From contig JAGIQG010000040.1 in NCBI GenBank assembly GCA_024679065.1, forward strand, positions 4,898,001-4,962,000: 64,000 nucleotides of DNA, in the 5' to 3' direction. Position numbers and translations under genes: made by a program. Source of the DNA: Sphyrna mokarran (Eukaryota). The notes under the pieces are model-generated. The model saw only the letters and a program-made list of their open reading frames with translations. It did not search any database and was not told the DNA's origin. This document shows positions 61,620 to 64,000 of the stretch, in pieces (position 1 is the stretch's first letter; each line of letters opens with the position of its first letter).

Positions 61620-62310
61620 GCGGGTGATTTCGAACCCTCCCTGCTCATCTCACAATGCCCCGCGGTGATTGACAGTAGATCCGGACCAATAGGAAGAGGC
61701 GGCGGGACTGGAGGACCTAGCGGGAGCGGCTGGTCCTCCAACCAATCAGACTGAATGAGGGGCGGGGGCCATCTTCAGTGCAGTGCGCATGCGCTGATCC
61801 GCACGGTATCCCGATGAAGATGGGAGCGGGAAATCTGCGCCTGTCTCGGGGAAAAGGCCGAACTGAATTCCCCAGTTCACAGCCCGCATCCGAGCTTTGT
61901 AGTCGGGGCTCGGCGCCGATACGGCGTGTTATTGAAGCCTCCAGCTCACCCGCCGGGCTCCCTCCCTCCGTCATTCCCCACCCGCCGGGCTCCGTCCCTC
62001 CCTCATTCCCCACCCGCCGGGCTCCGTCCCTCCCTCATTCCCCACCCGCCGGGCTCCGTCCTTCCCTCATTCCCCACCCGCCGGGCTCCGTCCCTCCCTC
62101 ATTCCCCACCCGCCGGGCTCCGTCCCTCCCTCATTCCCCACCCGCCGGTTTCTGATGCGATGAGAATTTCCACCGCCTCAATCCCGCGCTCCCAGCGGCA
62201 CTGCGCATGCTCCACGTCACAATGCCCGGGCGGTGATTGACAGCCGCTCCGGACCAATAGGAAGAGGGGGTGTGGCTGGAGCACCGCTCGTGAGCGGCTG
62301 GTCCTCCGAA
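61620..62310. promoter_or_regulatory. CpG-rich ZNF promoter with duplicated CCAAT block
   Basis: cacaatgccc..cggtgattgacag..ccggaccaataggaagagg at ~61651 and ~62218; GCGCATGCGC, AAGATGG. Confidence 0.55.
61947..62147. repeat. 32-bp minisatellite x6
   Basis: cacccgccgggctccgtccctccctcattccc with period 32. Confidence 0.92.
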
Positions 62311-62647
62311 CAGTGGTTAGCACTGTGGATTACCTCTCAAAGAGAAGTCGATGGTGCACTGATACCATATGGACTGCAACTGATCAAAAAGATGGCTCAC
62401 CACCATTTTGAAGTGTTGCTTTTGCCAGCGATACCCACATATTATTAAGTAAATACCCATGTTTGCTCATTTTAACAGCTCGTGAAGTAATCCTCAAAAT
62501 ATCCCACTGATTAAGAGAAGTGTGGAAAGTTAATGTGTAGAAAGTAGCTGCGTTTTGCTTGTTTCTGTATATTATTTAGATTTCACTATATGCACAACTT
62601 TCAGTCAATCAATGCCATAAAATGAATTTCTGAAATTGAGATTCCAA

Positions 62648-62942
62648 GAACAGCACAGTGGTTAGCACTACTGCCTTTCAGCGCCAGCAACCCAGGTTTG
62701 ATTCCTGGCTTGGGGCACTGTCTTTGCAGAGTATGCATGTTCTGCCCGTGTCTGTGTGTTTTCCTTCCTGGTGTTCTGGTTTCCTGCCACTGTGCAAAAA
62801 CATGCTGGTTGGATGCATTAGCCATGCTAAATTCTTCCTCAGCGTACCTGAACAAATGCCAGAGTATGGAGACGAGGGGATTTTCACAGGAACTTCATTG
62901 CAATGTTAATGTAAGCCCAATTGTGAAACTAATAAATAAAAT
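62648..62942 (+). mobile_element. V-SINE
   Basis: agcacagtggttagcactactgcc..ggtttgattcctggcttgg..gcatgttctgcccgtgtctgtgtg. Confidence 0.8.
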
Positions 62943-63469
62943 AAGTTGTGTTATGAGCCCCATTTGAAGATAGTATGCAATATATAATTTAATCCTGGGA
63001 TAATTGCGGTCACTAACTTTCCTCTTGTAATTATGGCAGATCATACATGCTAATTCTGGTCACATTAATGGCCTAGTTGTTGAAGGAAATTCTGAGACAG
63101 GTTACAAGGAGACAGAGCATAATGTTGTTGTGACACTATCATCCAATATTCCCCTAACATTGATCGTAGCTGCTCCAATGTGTTAGAACATTGCACTTTA
63201 TCTAACAGGCACCGTTCACATTGTACATCTTCATAATTAATTGCATTATTCCTGATATTCATGTGCTACTGAGATACCAGTGAATTCACACGTGACTGTA
63301 GGAGAGGGTTTCTGCTCTTATTTCTATCTTTTGGTGGCTTTCGATTTCTGAACAATTCCAATTTCCTTCTCTGAATGGTCTGTGCAATCAGGTCTCTATA
63401 TGATATTATTGGCCCATCAGCTCCAGCTTGCACGCGATATCAACAAAATACAAACCATTTTTCCATTCA

Positions 63470-63830
63470 ATGGCGGGGCGTTTACCCAGCGTCCAAAGCG
63501 CCGAGGAATACCGCCTATCCAGGCAATCACTAAAGCGCAGGCGCAGTAGGGCCGGTGGGCTGAGCATGCGCAGAGGGAGAGCGCGGGACACGAGGTTGTT
63601 GTTTCTTGTCTCTGTGGCGGGTAAAGAAGCGGCGGCTCTGAGGGAGAGATGGGCGCAAAGAGAGGGCGGTAAGGTTTTATGAACACTGCGTGAACTTCAG
63701 ACCCCTAACAGGAAGTTCCTGGGCCAGTCCCGGGTTTGTCCAGAGCCATTCCGCTTCTGCAGAGACAAGCGTGGCTAAAGGGCCGCCATCCTGTCTGGAG
63801 CAGTGCGCATGTGCGGTGCTCCCTGCCAGC
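63470..63830. promoter_or_regulatory. CpG-rich promoter-like element
   Basis: GCGCAGGCGCA, GCATGCGCA, GCCGCCATC, GCGCATGTGCG as in 7690-8020 and 37885-38190. Confidence 0.5.
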
Positions 63831-63849
63831 AGGAGGAGAAAATGTTGGG

Positions 63850-64000
63850 ATTTTCACAGAATCCCCACAGCGCGGGAAGAGGCCATTCGGCCCATTGAGT
63901 CTGCACCCAGCACAATCCCACCCAGGCCCCATCCCCCTTAACCCCATGCATTTACCCTAGCTAGTCCCCCCTGACAGGAAGGGGCAGGTTAGCACGGCCA
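63850..64000 (-). mobile_element. V-SINE 3' part (runs off the window)
   Basis: ggccattcggcccattgagtctgcacc..cccacccaggccc..aggggca..ttagca.ggcca. Confidence 0.65.

Overview
Vertebrate genomic DNA, most likely from a cartilaginous fish (shark). This is inferred from V-SINE/HE1-like and Deu-SINE-like repeats, CR1, Rex1 and Penelope elements, and C2H2 genes with no KRAB box visible in the ORFs. The window is a cluster of tandem C2H2 zinc-finger (ZNF) genes and pseudogenes (about 1-3.3 kb and 32.6-61 kb). Embedded in it is a ~20-kb island (9.0-30.1 kb) of eight TCR alpha/delta-like V gene segments from four families in mixed orientation. Seven have a leader and a recognisable heptamer-23(+/-1)-nonamer RSS; one is a frameshifted pseudogene with a broken RSS. 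Notable structure: one V family has leader and V in a single exon; four V segments carry a CTCF-like motif ~25 bp beyond the nonamer; a lone candidate 12-RSS beside a CTCF-like motif sits at the right edge of the island; no convincing D, J or C exon is visible. Also present are Penelope-like elements with minimal hammerhead ribozyme motifs and inverted termini, a CR1 family with a captured V-SINE in its 3' UTR, head-to-head ZNF promoter cassettes and GC-rich minisatellites. Repeat boundaries are approximate, and all assignments are by eye with no database search.
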